DNA of 37,122 nucleotides, taken from a virus (lineage: Duplodnaviria > Caudoviricetes). Made by a program: the position numbers and the translations under genes. Shown in pieces: positions 9,000-16,155 of the stretch (the stretch's first letter is position 1; each line of letters begins with the position of its first letter). The notes below the pieces were generated by a model. That model was not told the DNA's origin, ran no database searches, and worked only from the letters and a program-made list of their open reading frames with translations. Location: positions 1 through 37,122 of the IMG/VR virus record IMGVR_UViG_3300032219_001489; one strand, written 5' to 3'.

Positions 9000-9922
9000 G
9001 CGGCCTCCTCGGATGGGGTGGCGTGGATGGCCTCACTGATCTGGCTGACCAGTCCGTCATGCTCCCTAATCTCAGCCTGCACGCTGGCAGGCAGGAGGCT
9101 GAAGCTGTTTGGGAAATTCCCACCAGTGATCCCATCGGGGAAATTCTGCGGATATCGGTCCACCAGGATCTCCCTCCACCGGGCCGGAACTGAATCCGCC
9201 GCCCTTTCTTTTTTTTGCGGATATTTCAGTTCGTTGTGCCAGCCGTCGTCATTGAGCCATGTCGCCGGGTGCTGCCAGGAGGCGTAGAACTCGCCACGCC
9301 GCTTGGCCTCGACCCGATCCAGTTGCTGCAAGTGGATGATCCGGACCAACTCCTCCACGCTGATCCGGCCCTTGACTTTGTTTTTCCAAACCCTCCAAGC
9401 ACCCCCCTTTCCTTTTTTTTCTGGAAATGCTGCCCATAGGGTCTCGAACTCGGGAGAGTAAGGATCAGGATCATCAGTGGGCTCAGGTGACTCCTCTCCG
9501 GAAAAAACAAGCAGTTCGTTTCTATTCTCTTCTACTTCTCTTCCCTTCTCTTCAGGCCGCCCATTGCTGTCAAATGACGGCGAGTTGTCAGCAACTTGAC
9601 AACCATCCGCTGTCGATGGGTCTGGAAACTTCCTAGTGTGTGATCTCAACCTCTGACCAAAGTTAATGATTGTGAGGTACTTGCGGCCTTTTTGGGCGTA
9701 GAATTTGATGATTCCTCGCTCCTCTAATTCGGACAATCTCTCCGATGTCGACATATTGCTGCCAAGTGGGAAGCAAAGTGCTGACACGATGCGGTCATCT
9801 CCGTGGAAATTTCCGTAATCGTCGGCCTTCATGATCAATCGGATGAACAGGCACTCGGCTTCCGATGACAACCCGTCGAAGCGGTAGCTGTCCGACCAAT
9901 CTCTAAGAATTCTGTTTGGCAT
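8996..9922 (-). CDS. Replication initiator / replisome organiser
   Basis: MPNRILR...ADDYGNF N-terminus, charged linker, FETLWAAFPEKKGK...HPATWLN C-terminal motif; upstream of DnaB. Confidence 0.75.
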   Translation of the reverse strand: MPNRILRDWSDSYRFDGLSSEAECLFIRLIMKADDYGNFHGDDRIVSALCFPLGSNMSTSERLSELEERGIIKFYAQKGRKYLTIINFGQRLRSHTRKFPDPSTADGCQVADNSPSFDSNGRPEEKGREVEENRNELLVFSGEESPEPTDDPDPYSPEFETLWAAFPEKKGKGGAWRVWKNKVKGRISVEELVRIIHLQQLDRVEAKRRGEFYASWQHPATWLNDDGWHNELKYPQKKERAADSVPARWREILVDRYPQNFPDGITGGNFPNSFSLLPASVQAEIREHDGLVSQISEAIHATPSEEAA

Positions 9923-9926
9923 GACG

Positions 9927-10487
9927 TTAAACCCTCCCCTTGAATCGCGGCCGCTCGGTGCAGCTCCAGAACTTCGGAAGATCTGCGGCCTTCACGCACC
10001 CGCTCATGATCATCCCCCGGCACCACTGGCTATTATCAGCAACCCTGACGCGCATGACGTCGGGATTCCCCGGCTGCCGTGCCAGGACGAGGCGAGGATT
10101 CACCACATGGGCGCTCTGGACGATGAGGGTGTCCTCCTGGGCGAGCCGGGCCTCGAGCTTGGCCATCCCGGCGGCGGTGATCCGGACAAATCCCGCCTCG
10201 CGGGTGTAGTCCTTCCCAGCCTCAAGCAGACCCTTGCGGAGCCATGTGACATCCTCGGCGCTGATCCCGAGCTTCTCCGCCACCCCGACCTCGCTGTAGG
10301 AGATCCCAAGCCCGATCACTTCCGCCGGGTTCTTTTTTTCAAATTGCTGAGGTGATGAAGCAGGGGTGGATGCTTGGGAGGGATCCTGAACGCTCAGGAT
10401 GGCCTGTGGCCGCGCTTTTTTTCCAAAGAGGGACGTGATCGCGGATACCGCGCCCCCTTCTTTTTTGGGTGTGTTTTCGGTGGTCAT
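9927..10487 (-). CDS. Hypothetical, possible HTH DNA-binding protein
   Basis: SEVGVAEKLGISAEDVTWLRK resembles an HTH. Confidence 0.6.
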   Translation of the reverse strand: MTTENTPKKEGGAVSAITSLFGKKARPQAILSVQDPSQASTPASSPQQFEKKNPAEVIGLGISYSEVGVAEKLGISAEDVTWLRKGLLEAGKDYTREAGFVRITAAGMAKLEARLAQEDTLIVQSAHVVNPRLVLARQPGNPDVMRVRVADNSQWCRGMIMSGCVKAADLPKFWSCTERPRFKGRV

Positions 10488-10562
10488 GGTGTGGTGTGTG
10501 AAATGGGTGGATTCGGGTGGGTAATCTGGTGAACGATTGAAATAAAATTTCTGAGAGTCCTA

Positions 10563-11486
10563 TCAGTCGCGGTTTCTGGGACGGGGCTTTGAGGCCGACC
10601 CCCTCCCCCCCTCCTTGGATCCCTTTGAGGTGGAGGCCTTCGATCCCGGGGCCGAGGCCGGTGACTTCACCAGGGCGACCTTGCCCTTGGTCTTCGGGTC
10701 CTTGGACTTCGCCGCGGTGGTGGATTTCTTGGGGAGATTCGACGCACAATCCGACGCAATCGGAGCCTCTACAGAGATAGGTGAGTCAGAAACAACTGAT
10801 TGCCCATCAGATGCTGGGGTCTGTATGTCAAATTGAGCCGGTGCAATTTCACATACAGGAGCGGCAGCCGGATCCGCGTCGACCTGGGCGATCTCCTGCA
10901 TCCAGGCATCCGGATCGACATCGAGGAGGGCCGCTATTGGTGAAACATTCTCGCCACCCAGATTGATCTCAGGGCCATCCTCAACGAGCTCGGCATCAAT
11001 CACCGGCAAATCGTCCAGCATCCGCTCAAGACCGGCCGCAACCTGTGACTGCTCCACCTTCTCGACTCGTGCGGTCACTCCACCGGTTAGCACCTGACCC
11101 TTGTCAATCAGGATACCGACCGCCATCGAGAGTTCACCCGGCTTAATCGCCCCGTCCGCGATGATCTCCTCGAGGCGCTCGACTCCCATCGCCGCAACCT
11201 TCAGAGCACGCGCCCCGAGTTCCTTTCTATGTGTGTCAATAGTGGAACCCTCGCGGATCATCACCGCCTCGATCGTCCGATGGTGCAGGCCGGTGAGCCG
11301 TTTGATTTCTCGAATACCAGTTCCCTGACCTAGAAGCTGAACCGTGATCCGGTACAAATCCGGCCGCTGATCCAGCAGACGATCACCAGTAGACGCACCG
11401 GTGAAAGCCGGAGAGCCAACCTTTTCAAGAGCCATTTCTTCTTCAGAAAAAAGAAGAGGCGGGGGTGAGGCGGCGGTCGGAGTCAT
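10563..11486 (-). CDS. HTH protein, putative terminase small subunit-like
   Basis: GTGIREIKRLTGLHHRTI HTH, helical hairpin ending AVGILIDKGQVLTGGVTARVE, long low-complexity tail. Confidence 0.55.
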   Translation of the reverse strand: MTPTAASPPPLLFSEEEMALEKVGSPAFTGASTGDRLLDQRPDLYRITVQLLGQGTGIREIKRLTGLHHRTIEAVMIREGSTIDTHRKELGARALKVAAMGVERLEEIIADGAIKPGELSMAVGILIDKGQVLTGGVTARVEKVEQSQVAAGLERMLDDLPVIDAELVEDGPEINLGGENVSPIAALLDVDPDAWMQEIAQVDADPAAAPVCEIAPAQFDIQTPASDGQSVVSDSPISVEAPIASDCASNLPKKSTTAAKSKDPKTKGKVALVKSPASAPGSKASTSKGSKEGGRGSASKPRPRNRD

Positions 11487-11566
11487 TACATTCTAGACCT
11501 CCAACAGCCGTATAAAAAAAAGAAAAGGGCCGCGCAGAAAAAGGCCTCGATGAAATCGTGACTCAT
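11486..11566 (-). CDS. 26-aa hydrophobic peptide MSHDFIEAFFCAALFFFLYGCWRSRM
   Basis: Hand-translated; ATGA overlap upstream and TAATG overlap downstream fill the gap exactly. Confidence 0.55.
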   Translation of the reverse strand: MSHDFIEAFFCAALFFFLYGCWRSRM

Positions 11567-11757
11567 GCCATTCGAGCCGTGATGAACTGCCGGAGAGATG
11601 ATTCAGCAATCCGGTAGTCGCGAGGTGACAGACGGAGGATCTCGCCGAAAAGACCATCCTGAACCCATAACCTCACCGTATTTGGGTGGATGGAGAGCAT
11701 CGATGCGACCTCCTTGATGCGGAGATACCGCTCACCGGCCTTCGCGTTGGCGCTCAT
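11563..11757 (-). CDS. Excisionase-like HTH protein (HTH_17/MerR-like)
   Basis: YLRIKEVASMLSIHPNTVRLWVQDG...YRIAESSLRQFI. Confidence 0.8.
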   Translation of the reverse strand: MSANAKAGERYLRIKEVASMLSIHPNTVRLWVQDGLFGEILRLSPRDYRIAESSLRQFITARMA

Positions 11758-11879
11758 CGCTCGCCTCCTGGTAGCACCGTGGATTGCAGACGCGGCTCAG
11801 ATCCCGAGAATGGGCAAGGGCGCTTCACATAACCGACTGCCGCGAGATACCAGGTCCAGAAACGACGAAGCCGATTCAT
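11754..11879 (-). CDS. 41-aa hypothetical peptide
   Basis: MNRLRRFWTWYLAAVG...; ATGA overlaps at both ends. Confidence 0.55.
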   Translation of the reverse strand: MNRLRRFWTWYLAAVGYVKRPCPFSGSEPRLQSTVLPGGER

Positions 11880-12124
11880 GGCAGCACCTTCGCAGTGGTG
11901 GAGTGACCGGTACGCAGCCAGCGCATACAGCCGCGCCAGATCGCCTGAGCCTGATGGGCGTCGGCAGTGAATGTCCTCACCGACCCATCAAGGGATACCT
12001 CATAAAAAAAAGAAGCCGCCGCGCCATGGAGCTCCCGCAGCCATTCACCTGGCGTCACCTTGCGAAGGATCAGCCGGTGGCGACCCTGCCGGATTTCCAG
12101 TTCAGTGATCTCGCGGCTCATCAT
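11876..12124 (-). CDS. Hypothetical protein
   Basis: 82-aa ORF, TAATG/ATGA coupled. Confidence 0.65.
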   Translation of the reverse strand: MMSREITELEIRQGRHRLILRKVTPGEWLRELHGAAASFFYEVSLDGSVRTFTADAHQAQAIWRGCMRWLRTGHSTTAKVLP

Positions 12125-12225
12125 TAGCGGCGGAAGCGAGTGATCAGCAGAGCCAGCATCTCGGCAAATTCCTGACGGCCGATGATCAGGATCGCAGTGG
12201 CGGTGGCGGCGAGGAGGGCGATCAT
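12124..12225 (-). CDS. 33-aa hydrophobic peptide MIALLAATATAILIIGRQEFAEMLALLITRFRR
   Basis: Hand-translated; GGAGG upstream, coupled at both ends. Confidence 0.55.
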   Translation of the reverse strand: MIALLAATATAILIIGRQEFAEMLALLITRFRR

Positions 12226-12401
12226 GCGACCTCCATTTCGCACTCTTGCGAGTCGGTTACAGATTCCTCAGCGACGCGAGCCGTGAGGATCTGACGAATG
12301 ATCGTTGATCGATTCGTGCATTGTTGTTTTGCCTGCTCGTCGAGCCACAGAACAAGATCCTGTGGGACTCCGGAGGCCGCGATGGTGGTCGTGTTTGCCA
12401 T
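12222..12401 (-). CDS. 59-aa ribbon-helix-helix regulator in the Cro position
   Basis: MANTTTIAASGVPQDLVLWLDEQAKQQCTNRSTIIRQIL..., a CopG/Arc-like pattern; first gene of the lytic operon; missed by the ORF track. Confidence 0.7.
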   Translation of the reverse strand: MANTTTIAASGVPQDLVLWLDEQAKQQCTNRSTIIRQILTARVAEESVTDSQECEMEVA

Positions 12402-12421
12402 AAGGGTTTTGCTTATGGCGA

Positions 12422-12511
12422 AATCTTTTAAAGAAAAACTTTTAAAGATTCAAGAAGAATCTTTTAAAGATTGAAAATAAAAGTTTGAAAGACTTTAAAA
12501 GGGTGTAGACT
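12422..12511. promoter_or_regulatory. Divergent promoter/operator region with palindromic CTTT-N-AAAG operators
   Basis: AT-rich; AATCTTTTAAAGATT perfect at 12458-12472, variants at 12422, 12436, 12480, 12490; TAGACT (12506-12511) 8 nt before the repressor ATG. Confidence 0.75.
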
Positions 12512-12519
12512 AGGCGTTC

Positions 12520-12783
12520 ATGACCAAGGGAAAATTCAACGCCATCGGCACCGGAATGAAGCTCATCGCTTGTTCCGTTGAAATTCCATTGGTCAACCGC
12601 ATCGACCAATTAGCCCAGCGGGATGGAATTACCCGAGCCACTTGGATTCGCGAAGCAATTATTGAGGCCGCCAAAGGCGACAAGAAATTTCAACGAACCC
12701 CGGTGATCAGGGAAACCGTAATCCCTTTAACACCGAGCGGATACCATGGATCAGACCCCAGGCAGGAAGCAACATCGGCCTGA
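12520..12783 (+). CDS. Ribbon-helix-helix (CopG/Arc-like) putative immunity repressor
   Basis: LIACSVEIPLVNRIDQLAQRDGITRATWIREAI; divergent from the lytic operon. Confidence 0.72.
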   Translation: MTKGKFNAIGTGMKLIACSVEIPLVNRIDQLAQRDGITRATWIREAIIEAAKGDKKFQRTPVIRETVIPLTPSGYHGSDPRQEATSA

Positions 12784-12874
12784 CCGCACCCTGTTATACC
12801 TATAGCAACGATTTAGTAAACGCCAAGGTGATTCATGTAAGAATTGAGGGCTAAAAATATTTTAAGATTTTCTG

Positions 12875-12903
12875 TTGACATCTTTTGCAGTCTTTGAAAG
12901 ACT
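12875..12903 (+). promoter_or_regulatory. Promoter TTGACA-17-AAGACT overlapped by operator AGTCTTTGAAAGACT
   Basis: Consensus -35; palindrome 12889-12903 of the same family as the immunity operators. Confidence 0.65.
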
Positions 12904-12947
12904 TTGAATCAAGGAAGAGCCGACCTACCAAACGGGCAAATCAAAAC

Positions 12948-13193
12948 ATGAAAATCAGAGCACTAATTGAAAACACCAATCACTTGTCCACCGAGCAGCT
13001 TGATCAAATACAAGCCGCCGTTTACGCGATCGACAATCTTTGTACGATTTGCAAATCGTTGGATCAATACCAGGGAATTTTTGACCATTTAAAAAGTTTG
13101 GGATGGTTTGTTTATCGCGGCGGAAACCACGTTGCAATTCATGAGGGGAATGGCAATCCAGTGCGGATAGCCATCGTTTGGGAATCCAAATAA
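12948..13193 (+). CDS. Hypothetical accessory protein (81 aa, low GC)
   Basis: Starts at the ATG of leader copy 1. Confidence 0.65.
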   Translation: MKIRALIENTNHLSTEQLDQIQAAVYAIDNLCTICKSLDQYQGIFDHLKSLGWFVYRGGNHVAIHEGNGNPVRIAIVWESK

Positions 13194-13211
13194 CCCCAGG
13201 AGGACACGACC

Positions 13212-13517
13212 ATGACACCGCTCAACAAACCCGTCGTCCGCAAAACCCGTGACACCCTGGGCTGGGGATACGGGTGCGATACCGGCCGCAATTTGGTTAT
13301 CACAATCTCGTCATCCGCCGATGGCGATACACTCACTTTACGTCCGCACGGAACCCGCCGATCGGAGTCGGTCCTTATTGAAGAAGTTTACCACTGGGCC
13401 ATTCGCAGCCGCGTGCTGAGCCAGCGATTAAAGAAAGCACGCGAAGCTAAGGCCGCAAAGAAACTTCGAGATGAGGCCAGGGAGCTCAAACGAAAACTCA
13501 ACCGCATTGGAAAATAA
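13212..13517 (+). CDS. Hypothetical basic protein
   Basis: 101 aa, AGGAGG SD upstream. Confidence 0.7.
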   Translation: MTPLNKPVVRKTRDTLGWGYGCDTGRNLVITISSSADGDTLTLRPHGTRRSESVLIEEVYHWAIRSRVLSQRLKKAREAKAAKKLRDEARELKRKLNRIGK

Positions 13518-13560
13518 ACAAACCGGAAGAGCCGACCGGAACAAACGGGCAAATCAAAAC

Positions 13561-13722
13561 ATGAACAGGCTAGACATCCGCAAAATACGGGCATTTAACC
13601 AAATGGTTTTGGACAAGAAGTTCAAAAGCGACAACCAGATTTCATGCCGGGCATGGATCGCCAAGATCGACAATAAATGGTACTGGGGAGGAACTCTTTC
13701 TACATATCGACTTACACAATGA
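13561..13722 (+). CDS. Hypothetical accessory protein (53 aa)
   Basis: Starts at the ATG of leader copy 2. Confidence 0.55.
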   Translation: MNRLDIRKIRAFNQMVLDKKFKSDNQISCRAWIAKIDNKWYWGGTLSTYRLTQ

Positions 13723-13865
13723 GCCACCAAGAATCCAAAAACGAAGCCATCCAAATCATCCGCGAACTACTCAAGAAACATCCACCAGGCATGGTCATCA
13801 TGATCCTCCGGGAACTGAAAACCCTGCTTCGAGCAACCAAAGACATCACAATCTACAAAGAATGA
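13719..13865 (+). CDS. Hypothetical protein (48 aa, MSHQESKNEAIQ...)
   Basis: ATGA-coupled both sides. Confidence 0.55.
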   Translation: MSHQESKNEAIQIIRELLKKHPPGMVIMILRELKTLLRATKDITIYKE

Positions 13866-14482
13866 AAACTCTCACCATCCTTGCAATTCTTGCAACCTTC
13901 TGTTCAGCCGAAGCTCAGATGCAAAGCATCACCACCTACGGCGGCACCGGAGGACTCCAGACCACCACCTTCAGCCCCAACGGGGCCGGAGGCTACAACT
14001 ACGTCACCTGGGGAGGGCCACGCTCAGGACAATGGGGCGGAGTCAACGCCGCACCAGGCACCACCGTCAGCGCCACCGTCACCCCTCGAGGAGAGATCGT
14101 CCCCATCGTCACACCGAAAGCCCCCGAACCGACCGTCATCGAGATGAGCACCGTCAGCGCACCCTCGTACGATCTGCCACCCATGCCGATGGTTCGCAGG
14201 AGCGTGACGCCCGCCACCACCAAAGAAACGCACAAAGAAATCCCACCACCGGCGAGTTACAACAACAATCCATATGGCAAATATGCGTGGCTCCACAACC
14301 AGCTCACCCGCGACTGCATGAAGCAGCTTGCCACCGACTGGCAGCGAGACTCCGCAAGCAAACCCGGAGATATGCACGACCCTCGTGTTCTCCTTGCATA
14401 CCTCAAACTTTGGGTGCGCTCACACCCCGGATGTTTGATCGGTAAAGTCATCGGATCCGACGCAAAATCCGACGCAAAATAA
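13862..14482 (+). CDS. Secreted protein with signal peptide (possible lysogenic conversion/superinfection exclusion)
   Basis: MKTLTILAILATFCSAEA signal peptide, Gly/Thr-rich domain, Pro-rich linker; adjacent to attP. Confidence 0.65.
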   Translation: MKTLTILAILATFCSAEAQMQSITTYGGTGGLQTTTFSPNGAGGYNYVTWGGPRSGQWGGVNAAPGTTVSATVTPRGEIVPIVTPKAPEPTVIEMSTVSAPSYDLPPMPMVRRSVTPATTKETHKEIPPPASYNNNPYGKYAWLHNQLTRDCMKQLATDWQRDSASKPGDMHDPRVLLAYLKLWVRSHPGCLIGKVIGSDAKSDAK

Positions 14483-14504
14483 AACGGACAGAGGAGTGTT
14501 TCGG

Positions 14505-14543
14505 ATTACGAATGAGATGCTCTACCAACTGAGCTAAAGCGGC
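14505..14543 (-). tRNA. 5' half only of tRNA-Thr(CGT): attP core homology, not a complete tRNA
   Basis: GCCGCTT TA GCTC AGTTGGTA GAGC A TCTCA TTCGTAA T = acceptor 5' strand, D arm, anticodon loop; sequence diverges after position 39. Confidence 0.88.
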
Positions 14544-14578
14544 TTTACTCTAAAAATTCCAAAAGATGAGATGATTTT

Positions 14579-14607
14579 ACTCTAAAATTCACTTGCGCCT
14601 GACGCAA
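14579..14607 (-). promoter_or_regulatory. Sigma70-like promoter TTGCGT-17-TAGAGT facing the tRNA 5' half
   Basis: -35 at 14607-14602, -10 at 14584-14579, 35 nt upstream of tRNA G1. Confidence 0.6.
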
Positions 14608-14706
14608 TACTAGGCAATTCTTGCAACGAACAGAAACGACGCAATCTGACGCAAAATACGACGCAATCCGACGCAAAATACGACGCAAAGAAAACATCTC
14701 ATCACC

Positions 14707-15927
14707 ATGAAAATCACGACCACCAAAGCAGACGCAACGGCTGCCAAAAGCGCCAAGGCCAAGAGTAAGGATTCCTTCGTTCACGGCGGCAAAACTTATC
14801 GGTTGATTCGACGCAAGGGAAGCCCGTTTTACAATCTGCGGTTTGTCCAGCGGGGCAAGATCGTGGCCCATAGCTTGAAGACCGACCTCCGCCACATTGC
14901 GGTCACCAAGGCGATCGCATTCCTGAAGGCTCTTGAGGAGTCTCAGGCGTCCGGAGACACCACTCGGCTCGACCGGATGCGGACCAAGAGCGATTACGCC
15001 ACCATCGAGGAGATCGCCCTGGCATGGAAGGGGGCGATCCCCACGCTCCGCATCGCCAAGCGTACCGCCATGGACTACATCGGGCAGCTTGAGGGCCTTC
15101 TGCGCGTTTCTACGGGGCGTGAAGAGGTCGGATCACTCCGGGCCAATGTCCTGACCAAGGAGACCGTCGACGCGTTTGTGCAGGGTGCTAGGAAGGCGGG
15201 AAGGCCAGACCACAGCATTGCCTCTCAGATCGTCCATGCCAGGGCAGTCTTCAAAAAGAGCCGCATGGATATTTACAAGCATCTCAAGCTCCCCGACCTC
15301 ACCATGTTCCGTGGGTGCAGTTATGAGTTTGAGAGCAATGACAAGACAGGATTCGTTCCCTTTAGCCAGCAGGAGATGCTCGACTTGGCGAATGGTGCCG
15401 AGGAGCTCTATCGGGATCGTCGGCCGGTCTGGGTCGTCTACGCCCTCATGAACTATTTCGGGCTCCGGAATGACATGGTCTACAGGTTGAAGTGGGATGA
15501 TTTCTTTGAGGACGGTGGCGTGATGAAATTCACTGTCCGAGGCAACTACAAGGAAGCCAAGGCCGTCACCCATACCGTGCCATCCGATTTATGGGTCAGG
15601 CTCAAGGCCTACCGCACAACAGATGCCGAGTTTGTCGTGCCTGCCCGGCACAAGAGCGAGCGCCATGACATCTGCTACCGGGGTATCAATGCTTTCTTCG
15701 ACCGTTTTATCGACCGGAGCGCCGAGGGTGAGAAGAAGAAATCCTACCTCTTTCGCCGACAATACGGGACGATCCTTGCCGACAAGGCCGACATCTACGC
15801 GGCCCAGCGGGGACTTGGTCACCGGAGCGTCACCACGACGGAGAAATTCTATGGGCCCCGTGATTTTGATGCACCGATTGGATTGACCGATGAGGATCTC
15901 CGCAACTTTGGTGAGAAGCAGGGCTGA
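14707..15927 (+). CDS. int: Tyrosine integrase
   Basis: FGLR (Arg I), YLFRR (degenerate HxxR), LGHRSVTTTEKFY (His/Tyr); arm-binding-like N-terminus; adjacent attP. Confidence 0.9.
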   Translation: MKITTTKADATAAKSAKAKSKDSFVHGGKTYRLIRRKGSPFYNLRFVQRGKIVAHSLKTDLRHIAVTKAIAFLKALEESQASGDTTRLDRMRTKSDYATIEEIALAWKGAIPTLRIAKRTAMDYIGQLEGLLRVSTGREEVGSLRANVLTKETVDAFVQGARKAGRPDHSIASQIVHARAVFKKSRMDIYKHLKLPDLTMFRGCSYEFESNDKTGFVPFSQQEMLDLANGAEELYRDRRPVWVVYALMNYFGLRNDMVYRLKWDDFFEDGGVMKFTVRGNYKEAKAVTHTVPSDLWVRLKAYRTTDAEFVVPARHKSERHDICYRGINAFFDRFIDRSAEGEKKKSYLFRRQYGTILADKADIYAAQRGLGHRSVTTTEKFYGPRDFDAPIGLTDEDLRNFGEKQG

Positions 15928-16155
15928 TTACTTGAACCGGTAATACTGCGTCGGGTAGAGGCCGCGCCGGTCAGTATGGATGAGGAATTTCTTCATGTCG
16001 CACTTTCCCGCGGTGATTGCCGTGCGAATAAGCGCGGCAGCCGCTGACTGAGTTACTTTCCATTCTTTCTCGCATTGATCCCTACTGAACCACCCCGGCG
16101 GAATCTTGTCGGCCTTCCGTAGGTTTTTGATTTCTTGGGCGCTGGGGATTTTCAT
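15928..16155 (-). CDS. Small hypothetical protein (75 aa, MKIPSAQEIK...), possibly winged-helix
   Basis: ATGA-coupled to the phosphoesterase; its stop abuts the integrase stop. Confidence 0.65.
   Translation of the reverse strand: MKIPSAQEIKNLRKADKIPPGWFSRDQCEKEWKVTQSAAAALIRTAITAGKCDMKKFLIHTDRRGLYPTQYYRFK

Larger units (their letters stand above)
12913..13565 (+). repeat. Duplicated 40-nt leader GGAAGAGCCGACC-N4/5-AAACGGGCAAATCAAAAC-ATGAA at 12913-12952 and 13525-13565
   Basis: Direct comparison; each copy ends in a start codon. Confidence 0.9.
14459..14737. repeat. attP region: nine direct GACGCAA repeats (integrase arm-type sites)
   Basis: Copies at 14459, 14471, 14601, 14638, 14648, 14660, 14670, 14682, 14731 flanking a tRNA fragment beside the integrase. 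Confidence 0.85.

Noticed and set aside
14460-14543. Complete tRNA-Thr gene
   Set aside because: No 3' anticodon stem, T arm or acceptor 3' strand after position 39.
14638-14688. CRISPR array or replication iterons
   Set aside because: 7-bp units at 10-12-bp period with no spacers; location beside int and the tRNA core fits arm-type sites.
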